Assembly: GCA_965217585.1 (NCBI GenBank)
Contig: OZ244561.1
Location: 2,528,001-2,592,000, forward strand
Direction of reading: 5' to 3'
Length of the DNA: 64,000 nucleotides
Source of the DNA: Candidatus Latescibacterota bacterium
GTDB lineage: Bacteria > Latescibacterota > UBA2968 > UBA8231
Under the pieces are notes generated by a model, which worked only from the letters and a program-made list of their open reading frames with translations, did not search any database and was not told where the DNA came from. The position numbers and the translations under genes are program-made. Below, one piece after another: positions 1 through 9,628 of the stretch. Positions within the stretch are counted from its first letter, which is position 1. Each line of letters starts with the position of its first letter.

Positions 1-2
1 GC

Positions 3-710
3 GGTGGAGCTCTCTTGGTGCGTGGGGTAGCTGAGCGGCCTCTGTCCCCACCCGGAGAAGGTCTAATTCGCCGCTTGCGCCAAGCGCTAGCTGCACCCCA
101 GATGCGCGCGTACACCCTCTTTATTATGGCCCGCACGGCCGTGCTAGCGGCGACCTTTCCACTGTGGGTGGTGGCGCTCACGGGTGGGGGACTGCCCGTT
201 AGCTACTTCGTCTGGATGACGCCCGTACAAGCCCTCGGCTATGTGGCTGGGCTGCATGGCTGGGGTCGGATGGTGGACCGGCACGGCAGCCGGGGCCCGC
301 TGACCATCACCCTGTTGTTGCAAGCAGCCATGGCACCCGCTTGGCTCTTCCTTCCTACAGGACTCCCGTGGATCGCACTCTGGGCGGGGGGCGTCTATCT
401 GCTCTGGGGTGCGCTGGACGGCGGCCACCAGATGGGGCAGTCGCGGGCGATGATCGACGCCGTTTCCAAAGAATACCAGGCAGAGGGTTTCTCCCTTGCG
501 ATGTACGCGTCGGCGCTGGGTGGTATTGTCGGCGGCATCGCGGGTGGGGCCTGTTTCCAATGGTCTGCTGCGCTGGTTGGTCCGCGAGGACCGCTCTTTT
601 ATTTGTGTGCGGTTCAACTCGCATTTACTGCGGCTTGGTTGCTCAGTACTCGGCTGGCCGGCTACCGAGAGCAAACTCCCGTGCGCCGCTTCTGGAGCTT
701 GTCATCTTAA
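3..710 (+). CDS. MFS transporter, C-terminal part (5'-partial, frame open to window edge)
   Basis: Multiple hydrophobic helices and an MFS motif-A-like WGRMVDRHGSR; no in-frame stop upstream of position 15. Confidence 0.7.
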   Translation, partial: GGALLVRGVAERPLSPPGEGLIRRLRQALAAPQMRAYTLFIMARTAVLAATFPLWVVALTGGGLPVSYFVWMTPVQALGYVAGLHGWGRMVDRHGSRGPLTITLLLQAAMAPAWLFLPTGLPWIALWAGGVYLLWGALDGGHQMGQSRAMIDAVSKEYQAEGFSLAMYASALGGIVGGIAGGACFQWSAALVGPRGPLFYLCAVQLAFTAAWLLSTRLAGYREQTPVRRFWSLSS

Positions 711-780
711 GGCCCTCGTCTTATCGTCTTATGTTGCTAATTTTTGCGTTGATTCTCACTCCTAAGATGCCCTCATAAGC

Positions 781-1890
781 ATGATCCATACCGCACAAGC
801 ACTTACCGAACTCGTCGAGCACGCCCTAGACTGCGAGCGCGTTGCCCTAGACACTGAATTTGTTTGGAACCGCACCTATTATCCCAAGTTAGGCGTGATC
901 CAATTGGCCCTCGCCGGCGACGACTGCCACCTAATTGACCCGGTGGCGATTGCGGATCTCTCGCCCCTTGGTGCCCTGTTAGAGCACGCGGAGGTCGAAC
1001 TGATTCTCCACGATGCCCAACAGGACCTGGCTATTCTGCGCCGGGTCACGGGTGCCTTTCCGCGCAACGTCTTCGACACCCGCTGCGCGGCCGGGCTTGC
1101 CAATATGAGTTCGACCTCTTCGCTGGCTGATCTCTTGGAGCAGACCCTCGGCGTAGTCCTCGACAAGACCGAGACGCTCACCAACTGGGTCCGCCGCCCT
1201 CTCTCCGAGGACCAGCTAGCTTATGCCATTGAGGACGTGCGCTATCTGCACGAGGCATGCAATGTGTTGCGGGCGCGCGTCGAGAAAATTGGTCGCAACA
1301 CTTGGCTGGCAGAGGAGATGACCGCGTACGACGATCCGCGGCTATACGAGGAGCGAGACCCACGCGAGCAATTCACTCGGGTCAAGGGCGCGGGCCAAGC
1401 TTCTGCGCGCGAGCTGGCCATTCTCCGCGAATTGGCCGCTTGGCGCGAAGAGGAAGCCCAGCGCTGCAACCGACCGCGCAATCACGTACTGACGGACGAA
1501 ACTCTCGTGTTACTAGCTCGGCGCAAGCCCCAATCGCCGGAGGAACTAGGCCGACTCCATGCATTCGGCAATCGCCGCTATGACCGCTACGTCCTCGAGC
1601 AGGTTCACCGCGGCTTGGCCGTCCCCAACGAGGAGTGCCCACCCCGGCCGCGCCGGCCGCACCTCGATAAGGAGGTCGTCGAGCGCAAACTCGCCCAATC
1701 CATGGATTACTTGCGCCGGCAAAGCAACGCGGCGCAGATTGACGCGCCTTTTGTCGCGGCCCGCGCCGAAGTGCGCAACCTAGTCCTCGACTCGGTCGCT
1801 GCCACGCCCGAGGATCATCGCCTCCTGCGCGGGTGGCGGCGCGATTTTATTGGCGAAGCCCTATACGGCATCGCTACTTGCCCTGAGTGA
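781..1890 (+). CDS. rnd: Ribonuclease D (DEDDy 3'-5' exonuclease + HRDC)
   Basis: ALDTEF..RTYYPKLGVIQL, LHDAQQD, FDT, NWVRRPLSEDQLAYAIEDV, HRDC LAAWREEEAQRCNRP and C-terminal LLRGWRR. Confidence 0.93.
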   Translation: MIHTAQALTELVEHALDCERVALDTEFVWNRTYYPKLGVIQLALAGDDCHLIDPVAIADLSPLGALLEHAEVELILHDAQQDLAILRRVTGAFPRNVFDTRCAAGLANMSSTSSLADLLEQTLGVVLDKTETLTNWVRRPLSEDQLAYAIEDVRYLHEACNVLRARVEKIGRNTWLAEEMTAYDDPRLYEERDPREQFTRVKGAGQASARELAILRELAAWREEEAQRCNRPRNHVLTDETLVLLARRKPQSPEELGRLHAFGNRRYDRYVLEQVHRGLAVPNEECPPRPRRPHLDKEVVERKLAQSMDYLRRQSNAAQIDAPFVAARAEVRNLVLDSVAATPEDHRLLRGWRRDFIGEALYGIATCPE

Positions 1891-4800
1891 AGCGTGCCTC
1901 ATAACTGGCCCTGAGCCGGGCTGAGCCTCGCCAGATCAGACATAGCGGCACGACCAACACCACCAGTACCGATGAAGATATTAGCCCCCCTGATGTGCCC
2001 AAGGCCAAGGTGTACCAGATGTCGCCCCGGTCTCCTTGCAACAACAACGGCAAAAACCCGGCGATCGTCGTCAGAGTGGTAATGAAAATGGGGCGCAACC
2101 GCTGGAAAGCAGCGCGAGTAACCGCGTCCTGCGGAGCCGCCGGCTGTGCTCGTAACGCTCTAGAAATATGGTGTACCAGCAAGATGGAATTGTTCACGGA
2201 GATACCCATCAAAAGCAGCAGCGAAGCATATCCACCTTGGTCGAAAGAAGCGCCCGACAAGTAAAACCCGGCACCCACCCCGATCAGGGCTAGCGGCAGG
2301 GCGAGCAACACCAGCAACGGCCAAGTCCAAGACTCAAAGAGCGCCGCCGCGATCATCCAGACTAAGACGACCGAGAGCAGCACGATGAGGGCCAGTTCTC
2401 GTTCTTCCTCTTCACTGAAAACCGACATCATATAACCCCGCGACAAACTGTATCCATAGGGTATGGGCGTGTGGTCCATTATATCCTGTACCACCATTTC
2501 TGCGTAAGAGAAATCGCCCAAGATCGTAAACCCGACCTCTTTGATGTAACGCTGATTTTCTCGCTTGATCTCAGGCCGTACATAGTGCTTTTGCAAGCGG
2601 CTGACATCGCCGATGCGGGCACCCCCTTCCGCCAATAAGGCTTGATTCAAGCGGCGCAGATCGGTTCGGCGGGCCGTTGTATCGGCAACAGCCGCCATAT
2701 ACTCCCGACGGTCCACGTACAGCTTGGCGACCGGGGCCCCACCGTCGAGCCGGGTTTGTATCTGATCGGCGACCGCAGCGTGGTCAAGGCCCAGCGGGAC
2801 GGTCTTGGCGTGGTCAATCTGGGCTAGCACCTCGTAACGAGGTGGCCCGTAAGCACGGTCGATGTGAATATCCTTGATCCGCCGTGATCGCCGATCCTGC
2901 AATCGCTCGGCGATTCCGGTGGCGATTTGGCCTACCTGCCTAAAATTGTAGCCCTTTACTTCCAGTCGCCTCGACGCGCTCAAGCCACCTCCTAGCCCTC
3001 TCCCCTCCGGTTCCAGATCCTGGCCCCATATCCGAAAGCCGACGCCGCCGATGTTGTGCCCGTAAGCCGCTAGATTGTCGTATAGCACGTAGGGAACATT
3101 CGACTTTTTGTACTCTTCCTTTAGCAAAACCTGCACAAGCCCGTACCGGCCGTAGGTCTGGGTGACGATCCCCCTGATGTACGGGGAAAACAAGAGTAGC
3201 TGCTTTTCAATGCCCTGCAACAGTCCGTCCAGTCGGCTGATGTGTGCGTTGTGCGGCATTTCGAGGAAGACGATCAGCGAAAACCCTTCGGTTACTTCTC
3301 GCAAGAGGTGTCTATACGATGACTCTTCTATCCGGTGGCCAACGTCGCGGAACAGAAAGTAGGTCGCGCCGCCCAACACACTAAAGAGCGCCGGTTTAAC
3401 CACGCCCAGTAGCGGGTTGCCCCACACCGTGTTGTAGAGCTGTGTCCCCCCATCGTAGAGCCGTCCCCAAGCGGAGTCTGATCCCTCTTCCTTTTCAGGC
3501 ACCAACACTTTTCTGCCGAATGTATCTAGCGCCGCGAGACTATCCCTATCGGCGAGCCATTGTTGGTACTCTTGACGTGTCTCAATTGCACCTGTGAGCC
3601 TCCCTTTTTCCACCAACCCCCGGCGTGTTCCCACTTCGTCTGGCAAGAGCCATAGTGGGACGCCTACCATCCACGCGACCAGCCCTAGCACCCACCCTTT
3701 GCGGCGGACGCAAAAGGTGAGAACTCTGCGGTACGCCCCATAGAGGCGGCGGTCTGCTGCTGGGGATGGCGCAACCCGGCGGACGCTTAGATAAAAAAAC
3801 GTCGGAATCAGGGTGAGGGCGAAGACCAAGGCTAGGATGAGCGTCAGGCCTAACGACACTACAAAGGGCGTGAAATGTCGCTGCAATTGGGCAGAGAGGA
3901 AAAACACCGGCAGAAAAGCCCCTAAAGTGGTTAGGTTGGAAACCACTAAGGGGTACATCACCTCGCGCAGACCCTCGGCTACGGCTTCTTTTAGATCCCC
4001 TTCCGGACCGCAGTCCTCGGCGCGGCGGTGGATGTAGTCATAGACGACGATGGCGTTGTCTATGATAATCCCAAACCCTATGGTAAAACCGGCCAGGGTA
4101 ATTAGGTTCAGTGGTAGGCCGAAGAGGAAAAACAGGCTGAACGCCCCCAGCACAGAAAGCGCGACCGAGCACAGGATCAACACTGGGGTCTGGAGCCGTT
4201 TGAATACCCCGATCAGCACTAGCGCGATACACAGGACAGAGAAGGCGGACCGGCGCAGCAAGAAGTGGAGGTCGTCCTCGATGCGAGCGCCCTCGTCGTT
4301 GAGCACGACAATCTCGACCTCCTCCGGCAACTGCGCGGCGAGCGCGGCGAGCTTGGTCCGCACCCGCCGAGAGGTGCCGATCATGTCGCTACCGGCCATC
4401 TTTTCGACCTGCACGGCAATACCGTTGCGCCCGTTGATCCGGTACAGGACCTGCGGATCGCTAGACTGGTAGCGGACGGTCGCTACATCCCCCAAGTAAA
4501 GGACGCGCCCGCCCGCCATCCGCTTGAGGGGAATCCGCCTGAGCGCGTCGAGATCCTCAACGCCTCCTTGTAGCTGGATGCGGCTCAGGGTGCTGTGCGC
4601 CTTGGTCGTCCCCAAGGAGCGGGTCTGCATACCCTGCGCCGCCAACGCCGCTCGCAGTGTCCGCAGGTCAATCCCCCAGCGCTGGGCCAAGGCGTGGTCC
4701 AACTCGATGAGGATGCCTTGCTCTCTCCCTCCTTGCACCGAGACCTCTCTGACCCCGGGTACGGACAGCAGCGGGAGCCGCACCTTGTCTTCTACGAACG

Positions 4801-5272
4801 TGCGGAGCGCGGCAGGGTCCTCGCGCCCGAGCACCTGAAAAAGGATAAAGCCGCGCAAATCGCGCAGCAGATCCGGCTCAAAGCGCCGCACCACTGGATA
4901 GGAGACGCCTGGGGGCCGCTGGCGGAAGAACGAGTGGATCTTCTCGTTGAGTTCCAATTCGGCTAGCTGCAAATCGGCCGTGCGGGCAAATTCGGCAGTG
5001 ATATAGGCACTCCCGACCGAGGTGACAGAGCGCAATTCGACCACATCTGGCACTCCCCGCACCAGCGATTCCAACGGGGCCGTGAGCCGCGATTCTATCA
5101 CGACGGCCGAGGCTCCCGGCCAAGAAAGGTTCACCGTCAGCTGGGGTGCGTCGGCTTCTTCCGTAGTGTCGATGGGTATGAGGGGAAAGCAGAGCAGGCC
5201 CATGGCCAGCACAGCCGCACTGGCAACCCCTATGGCCACGGGCCGGTCCAACAATTTGTCGGCTATCCCCAC
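1874..5272 (-). CDS. RND efflux permease (AcrB/MdtC-like) with an internal ~100-aa insertion
   Basis: DRPVA N-terminus, WPGAS..IE..LTAPLE, GIIIDNAIVV, GISVNNSILLV, RLRPIFITTLTT. Start reassigned to GTG at 5272, just after the upstream TGA (ORF track start at 5455 overlaps the upstream gene). Confidence 0.92.
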   Translation of the reverse strand: MGIADKLLDRPVAIGVASAAVLAMGLLCFPLIPIDTTEEADAPQLTVNLSWPGASAVVIESRLTAPLESLVRGVPDVVELRSVTSVGSAYITAEFARTADLQLAELELNEKIHSFFRQRPPGVSYPVVRRFEPDLLRDLRGFILFQVLGREDPAALRTFVEDKVRLPLLSVPGVREVSVQGGREQGILIELDHALAQRWGIDLRTLRAALAAQGMQTRSLGTTKAHSTLSRIQLQGGVEDLDALRRIPLKRMAGGRVLYLGDVATVRYQSSDPQVLYRINGRNGIAVQVEKMAGSDMIGTSRRVRTKLAALAAQLPEEVEIVVLNDEGARIEDDLHFLLRRSAFSVLCIALVLIGVFKRLQTPVLILCSVALSVLGAFSLFFLFGLPLNLITLAGFTIGFGIIIDNAIVVYDYIHRRAEDCGPEGDLKEAVAEGLREVMYPLVVSNLTTLGAFLPVFFLSAQLQRHFTPFVVSLGLTLILALVFALTLIPTFFYLSVRRVAPSPAADRRLYGAYRRVLTFCVRRKGWVLGLVAWMVGVPLWLLPDEVGTRRGLVEKGRLTGAIETRQEYQQWLADRDSLAALDTFGRKVLVPEKEEGSDSAWGRLYDGGTQLYNTVWGNPLLGVVKPALFSVLGGATYFLFRDVGHRIEESSYRHLLREVTEGFSLIVFLEMPHNAHISRLDGLLQGIEKQLLLFSPYIRGIVTQTYGRYGLVQVLLKEEYKKSNVPYVLYDNLAAYGHNIGGVGFRIWGQDLEPEGRGLGGGLSASRRLEVKGYNFRQVGQIATGIAERLQDRRSRRIKDIHIDRAYGPPRYEVLAQIDHAKTVPLGLDHAAVADQIQTRLDGGAPVAKLYVDRREYMAAVADTTARRTDLRRLNQALLAEGGARIGDVSRLQKHYVRPEIKRENQRYIKEVGFTILGDFSYAEMVVQDIMDHTPIPYGYSLSRGYMMSVFSEEEERELALIVLLSVVLVWMIAAALFESWTWPLLVLLALPLALIGVGAGFYLSGASFDQGGYASLLLLMGISVNNSILLVHHISRALRAQPAAPQDAVTRAAFQRLRPIFITTLTTIAGFLPLLLQGDRGDIWYTLALGTSGGLISSSVLVVLVVPLCLIWRGSARLRASYEARFTQGK

Positions 5273-5274
5273 CG

Positions 5275-8200
5275 TCAGGCTTTCTCTCGTATCACCACCG
5301 AGTAGAGGATGGGAATGACGATCAGAGTTAGCAGGGTCGCCAAGGATAGACCACCGACGATGGCCCAAGCCAGCGGGTGCCGCAACTCGGCCCCACTGCC
5401 GCTGGACAAGGCCATGGGCAGGAGGCCGCAAACCGTGGTCAGGGTGGTCATGCAAATGGGCCGGAAGCGCTTTTGTCCGGCTCCCACAATAGCGCCCCGC
5501 AGGTCGCCGTCAGAGCGGAAGCGCGTGTGGATGAAATCGACCTTGACAATCGAGTCGTTCACCACAATACCCACCAGCACAATACACCCCAACAAGGACA
5601 TGATGTTCAGGGTATTATTAGTCGCCCACAACGCGAAAACCACCCCCATGGACGCCAGCGGCACAGCCGCGACGATCACAAAGGGGACGACCAGCGATTC
5701 AAACTGGGCGGCGAGGATGCAGTACACCAAGATCACCGCCAAGGCGACCAGCACGTACAGGTTCCGGTACTGCTCCTGCATCTGTGCGTAGTGGGTTCCG
5801 ATGGCTACCCAATGCCCACTGGGAATAGTTAGGCCATCCAACAGCGCGGCAAGTTTGGTTTGGGCTTCGGCGCGATCAATGCCTTGAAGAGTAGCGGTTA
5901 TCATCGCAGTGCGGGTTTGGTCCTCGCGGTGGATTTCCTCGTAGCCTTGGCTGGGTTTTAGTCGGATGAGTTGGGAAAGGGGAACGTGGATGGTGCGGTC
6001 TTTTCTCCGCACCGGGTACTGTAGGCTCAAGATGCGCTGTGGGTCGAGCTCGTCGGAGTGCCCGGCGCGCACCCGGATGTCGATGCGATCGACAAAATCG
6101 ACGAATTGGGTTGGGGTGCTGCCTTGTACCTGTCGGTTGATGAAATCGGTGAGTTGTTCGATGCGAATGCCATAGTTTATGGCGGCATCGCGGTCGATGA
6201 CGACCTCAAAGGTCCGCTTGCCGGTTCGCAGGTCGGAAACCACGTGCGCAAAGCCGGCGGTCTGCCGCATAAAGTCTGCGATCTGTTCGCTCAGAGCCGC
6301 CAAGGTCTCTAGCTGAGGCCCGACGATCTTCACGTCGAATAGGGTCTGCTGTCTCTGAAACAACTGTTCAAAGACCGACTCTGGCTGGGCGAGCGTCAGA
6401 GTTAGCTCGCCAAAGGCCGCGAAGGCCGCTTCCAATGTTCGCTCCACCTCCGCGCTCGGCACGTCCTCGGCGAGCTCAAGGTCGAGGACCGCCTTATTCA
6501 GCCCGGGCCGATACCCCCCGGCTACGCTCTCGCGGACGATGCCCACCGATGCCAACACCGAGCGGACGCCGGCCTCTTGCCGCAGGCGGTGCTCCAGCCG
6601 GGCAACCGCCGCCGAGGTGGCCGACAAACTCGCTTCTGTAGGCAACTCCACGTGCAAGACGAGATGCCCTCGATCCACATCCGGCATAAGCTCCCGATCC
6701 AGTCGCACGGCCAGCCAGCCACTCAAGGCTAGTAACACAAACGCGGCCACCATCACCGTATAGCGGTGGCGCAGGGCACCGGCCAAGACCCGTTCATAGA
6801 GGGCAAAGAACGCGCCGAACACCTGCTGAAAAAGGTCAATGGTCCAAACCAACGGGGCCGCCAGCCGGTAGAGGGCACGGACCGGACGTCTCTTCCAGCT
6901 TCTAGAAGAGAGCATGGGCAGCAGGGTAATGGACACCAGCAGGGAAGCAGCCAGCGCCAAAGAGATGGTGACGGCCTGCTGGTAAAAGAGCGCCCCGGCC
7001 ATTCCTTTGACGTACACTAAGGGCAAAAACACGGCCATGGTGGTCAGGGTCGAGGCGGTAATGGCCAGCCCTACTTCCTCGGTGCCGCGCACGGCCGCTT
7101 CGCCGGGGGCATGGCCCAACTCGCGGTGGCGGTAGATGTTTTCCAGCACCACAATCGAGTTATCGACCAAAATCCCAATGCCCAGCGCCAGCCCGCCCAG
7201 CGACACGATGTTAAAGTGGATATCGAGGAAGTACATGCAGATGAAGGTGGTGACGATGGAAACAGGTATGGATAGGCCGACGATGAGGGGATTTTTGAAG
7301 TCTCTGAGGAAGTAGATGAGGGTGATAAAGGCGAACACGCCCCCTAGGTAGAGCGCCTCGACCACACTGTCGATGGACGCTTGGATAAACTCGGCTTGGT
7401 CAAAGACCGGTCGCACCGCAAAGTCGGGATAGTCCAGCGAGAACTGGTACAGATCGCCGTACACCTTCTTCGAGGTCTCTACCGTGTTGGCCCCGGCCTC
7501 CTTAAAAAGATACAAGGTGATGACCTCGTGGCCGTTCAAACGGGTGTACCCGCTCCGTTCCGCGTAGCCTTCCTCAATGCGAGCGACCTCCTCCAAGCGA
7601 ATCTGTTTAGGCTCCTGTCGCACGGGAATCCGGCCGATCTCCGCAAGGTTGGTAAACTCCGCCTGTATGCGCAGCGGAAACTGAGCCACGCCGTCGCGGA
7701 TGGTGCCGCCCGAATGCGTAACATTGAACTGCGCGAGACTCTGTTCCACCGCGGCAAAGCCAATGTTGTAGCGCCGACATTTCTCCACATCGAGGGATAC
7801 TTGGATTTCGCGGTCGAGACCGCCGGCCACCTGCACGTAGGCCACGCCGTCAATCTGTTCGAGGCGGCGTTTGATGACGGATTGGGCGACCTCCTTTAAC
7901 TCCATCAGGGCTTGATGGTAATCGCGCGTGGACTGGGGGTGCTCAATCCGGTCGCCGGTGACGATTAGGGTCATTACGGGTGCTGAGGAAGGGTCAAAGC
8001 GCAAGATGGTGGGGCGTCCGGCGGCTTGCGGCAGTCCGGCCCGGTCGAGACTGCTGCGGGCCTCAATGAAGCCCAAGTCCATGTCGCTGCCCCAGCGGAA
8101 CTCGACCTCGACCAACGAGAGGCCATCCTGCGAAACCGACCGCAGGCGGCGCACACTGCTGACCGAGCTGAGGGCGGCTTCAAGGGGACGAGTGACGTAT

Positions 8201-8382
8201 TCTTCTACATCGCGGGCGTTCAGGCCGAGACAGTCCGTGCGGACCACGAGCCGGGGAACGTCAATGTCGGGTAGGAAGTCCACGCTCAGGCGGAAGAGCG
8301 AATAGACCCCCAAAAGGAGCGCGGCCAGAAAGCAGACGGTGGTCGCCACGGGCCGCTGGACGGCAAAGCGGACGAGGCGCAC
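5275..8382 (-). CDS. RND efflux permease (AcrB/MdtB-like)
   Basis: AVQRPVAT, GILVDNSIVVLENI, LAAQFESL, GIVVNDSIVKVD, RFRPICMTTLTT. Confidence 0.95.
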   Translation of the reverse strand: MRLVRFAVQRPVATTVCFLAALLLGVYSLFRLSVDFLPDIDVPRLVVRTDCLGLNARDVEEYVTRPLEAALSSVSSVRRLRSVSQDGLSLVEVEFRWGSDMDLGFIEARSSLDRAGLPQAAGRPTILRFDPSSAPVMTLIVTGDRIEHPQSTRDYHQALMELKEVAQSVIKRRLEQIDGVAYVQVAGGLDREIQVSLDVEKCRRYNIGFAAVEQSLAQFNVTHSGGTIRDGVAQFPLRIQAEFTNLAEIGRIPVRQEPKQIRLEEVARIEEGYAERSGYTRLNGHEVITLYLFKEAGANTVETSKKVYGDLYQFSLDYPDFAVRPVFDQAEFIQASIDSVVEALYLGGVFAFITLIYFLRDFKNPLIVGLSIPVSIVTTFICMYFLDIHFNIVSLGGLALGIGILVDNSIVVLENIYRHRELGHAPGEAAVRGTEEVGLAITASTLTTMAVFLPLVYVKGMAGALFYQQAVTISLALAASLLVSITLLPMLSSRSWKRRPVRALYRLAAPLVWTIDLFQQVFGAFFALYERVLAGALRHRYTVMVAAFVLLALSGWLAVRLDRELMPDVDRGHLVLHVELPTEASLSATSAAVARLEHRLRQEAGVRSVLASVGIVRESVAGGYRPGLNKAVLDLELAEDVPSAEVERTLEAAFAAFGELTLTLAQPESVFEQLFQRQQTLFDVKIVGPQLETLAALSEQIADFMRQTAGFAHVVSDLRTGKRTFEVVIDRDAAINYGIRIEQLTDFINRQVQGSTPTQFVDFVDRIDIRVRAGHSDELDPQRILSLQYPVRRKDRTIHVPLSQLIRLKPSQGYEEIHREDQTRTAMITATLQGIDRAEAQTKLAALLDGLTIPSGHWVAIGTHYAQMQEQYRNLYVLVALAVILVYCILAAQFESLVVPFVIVAAVPLASMGVVFALWATNNTLNIMSLLGCIVLVGIVVNDSIVKVDFIHTRFRSDGDLRGAIVGAGQKRFRPICMTTLTTVCGLLPMALSSGSGAELRHPLAWAIVGGLSLATLLTLIVIPILYSVVIREKA

Positions 8383-8391
8383 GTGGCGGCC

Positions 8392-9552
8392 CTAGCGCTG
8401 AACGACCACGACCTTGGCGTCGTGGGCCAGATTGAAATGTCCGGATACAATCAGTTCCTCGCCTTCGCTAAGCCCTTCTTCGATCTCAATAAAGTCGTCG
8501 TTTTCGAGGCCGGTCCGCACATAGCGCCACTTGGCCTGACCAGCTTCATGCACGAAGACCAGCGCGCGGTCATCGCGGATGAGCATGGCGTCGCGCGGGA
8601 TGAGCAGCCGCTGTTTAAAAACTCTGGTTTCCACGGCGACTTGGGCGAACATGCCCGGCTTGATGCGGTGGTCGGGATTGTCGATTTCAATGTGAATACT
8701 ACAGGTCCCGCTTTCGGCATCAACTACCGGGCTGATGGCCTTGATGATGCCAGCAACCTGCTCGCCGGGAAAGGCGTGGGGCCGGATGGAGACTTGGGCA
8801 CCGAGTTGCACCAGCCGTAATTCGCTCTCCAAAATGGGGACATCGAGCCGCAGCGGGTCCAGCGCCACCAACCGCATCAAGGTGCGGCCTTGCGCGACCA
8901 TGCCACCCGGGCTGACCTCCACCTGGGTGATGTAGGCGTCAAACGGTGCCTTGATGACCGTGTGTTCTAAGTCTAACTCAGCCCTTCTCAACTCTAGCCG
9001 GTTACTGGTCAGCCCAGTCGTGCTGGCGATCCACTGCTTGGGCGAGTGATCGGTAAACAGGGCGAGGGCATCGCGGTCGTTTACTTCGGCGGTGTCGGCA
9101 ATGGCTTCGACGTCGTCTTGCAGGAGACGGCCCCGCTTCATCTGGCTGCTCGACAGGGCAATCGCGGCATATTCGCGCAACGAGCGAGTCATCTGGTCCT
9201 TGGCCTGTAGATAGGCAAGGTGGTAGGATTCGGCATCGATTTGCAGAATGGTGTCGCCTTGGCTGACGAAGTGGCCTTCCTCGGCATGCAGGCTGCTCAC
9301 CGGCCCCGACACTTGGGCGGTGAGGTCGGTCTCAACCCAAGCCTTAAAGACACCACTGGCCAAAATCTGCTGCACGAAGTCGCGCTTCTGCACCGTTTGC
9401 GTGGCCACGGGCGTGGCTGGCGGTTCAAGTTCGGGCAATGTGGTAAGGGATGGACTGTCGTCAGTTGAGGATGGAGCGGATTCCCCCACAATCGCATACG
9501 CTAATGCACCCAGTCCGAACAACGTTAGGGCGATGTAGAGGATTCGTTTCAT
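8392..9552 (-). CDS. RND efflux periplasmic adaptor (MFP)
   Basis: N-terminal anchor, lipoyl halves (AQVSGPV..EGHFVSQGD; IKAPFDA), ISPVVDAESGT, IKPGMFA, VRTGL...EGLSEGE; directly upstream of the RND pair. Confidence 0.93.
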   Translation of the reverse strand: MKRILYIALTLFGLGALAYAIVGESAPSSTDDSPSLTTLPELEPPATPVATQTVQKRDFVQQILASGVFKAWVETDLTAQVSGPVSSLHAEEGHFVSQGDTILQIDAESYHLAYLQAKDQMTRSLREYAAIALSSSQMKRGRLLQDDVEAIADTAEVNDRDALALFTDHSPKQWIASTTGLTSNRLELRRAELDLEHTVIKAPFDAYITQVEVSPGGMVAQGRTLMRLVALDPLRLDVPILESELRLVQLGAQVSIRPHAFPGEQVAGIIKAISPVVDAESGTCSIHIEIDNPDHRIKPGMFAQVAVETRVFKQRLLIPRDAMLIRDDRALVFVHEAGQAKWRYVRTGLENDDFIEIEEGLSEGEELIVSGHFNLAHDAKVVVVQR

Positions 9553-9628
9553 GGGTTGTGCGGGACGAGTGAGAGGGAGACCATTTCTGCATTAGATACA
9601 AATATAAAGGATATAGGCGCAGTGACTA

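Noticed and set aside
5273-5455. N-terminal extension of RND2 from ATG 5455
   Set aside because: Overlaps the last 180 bp of the upstream RND gene; the RND-like N-terminus begins at GTG 5272.
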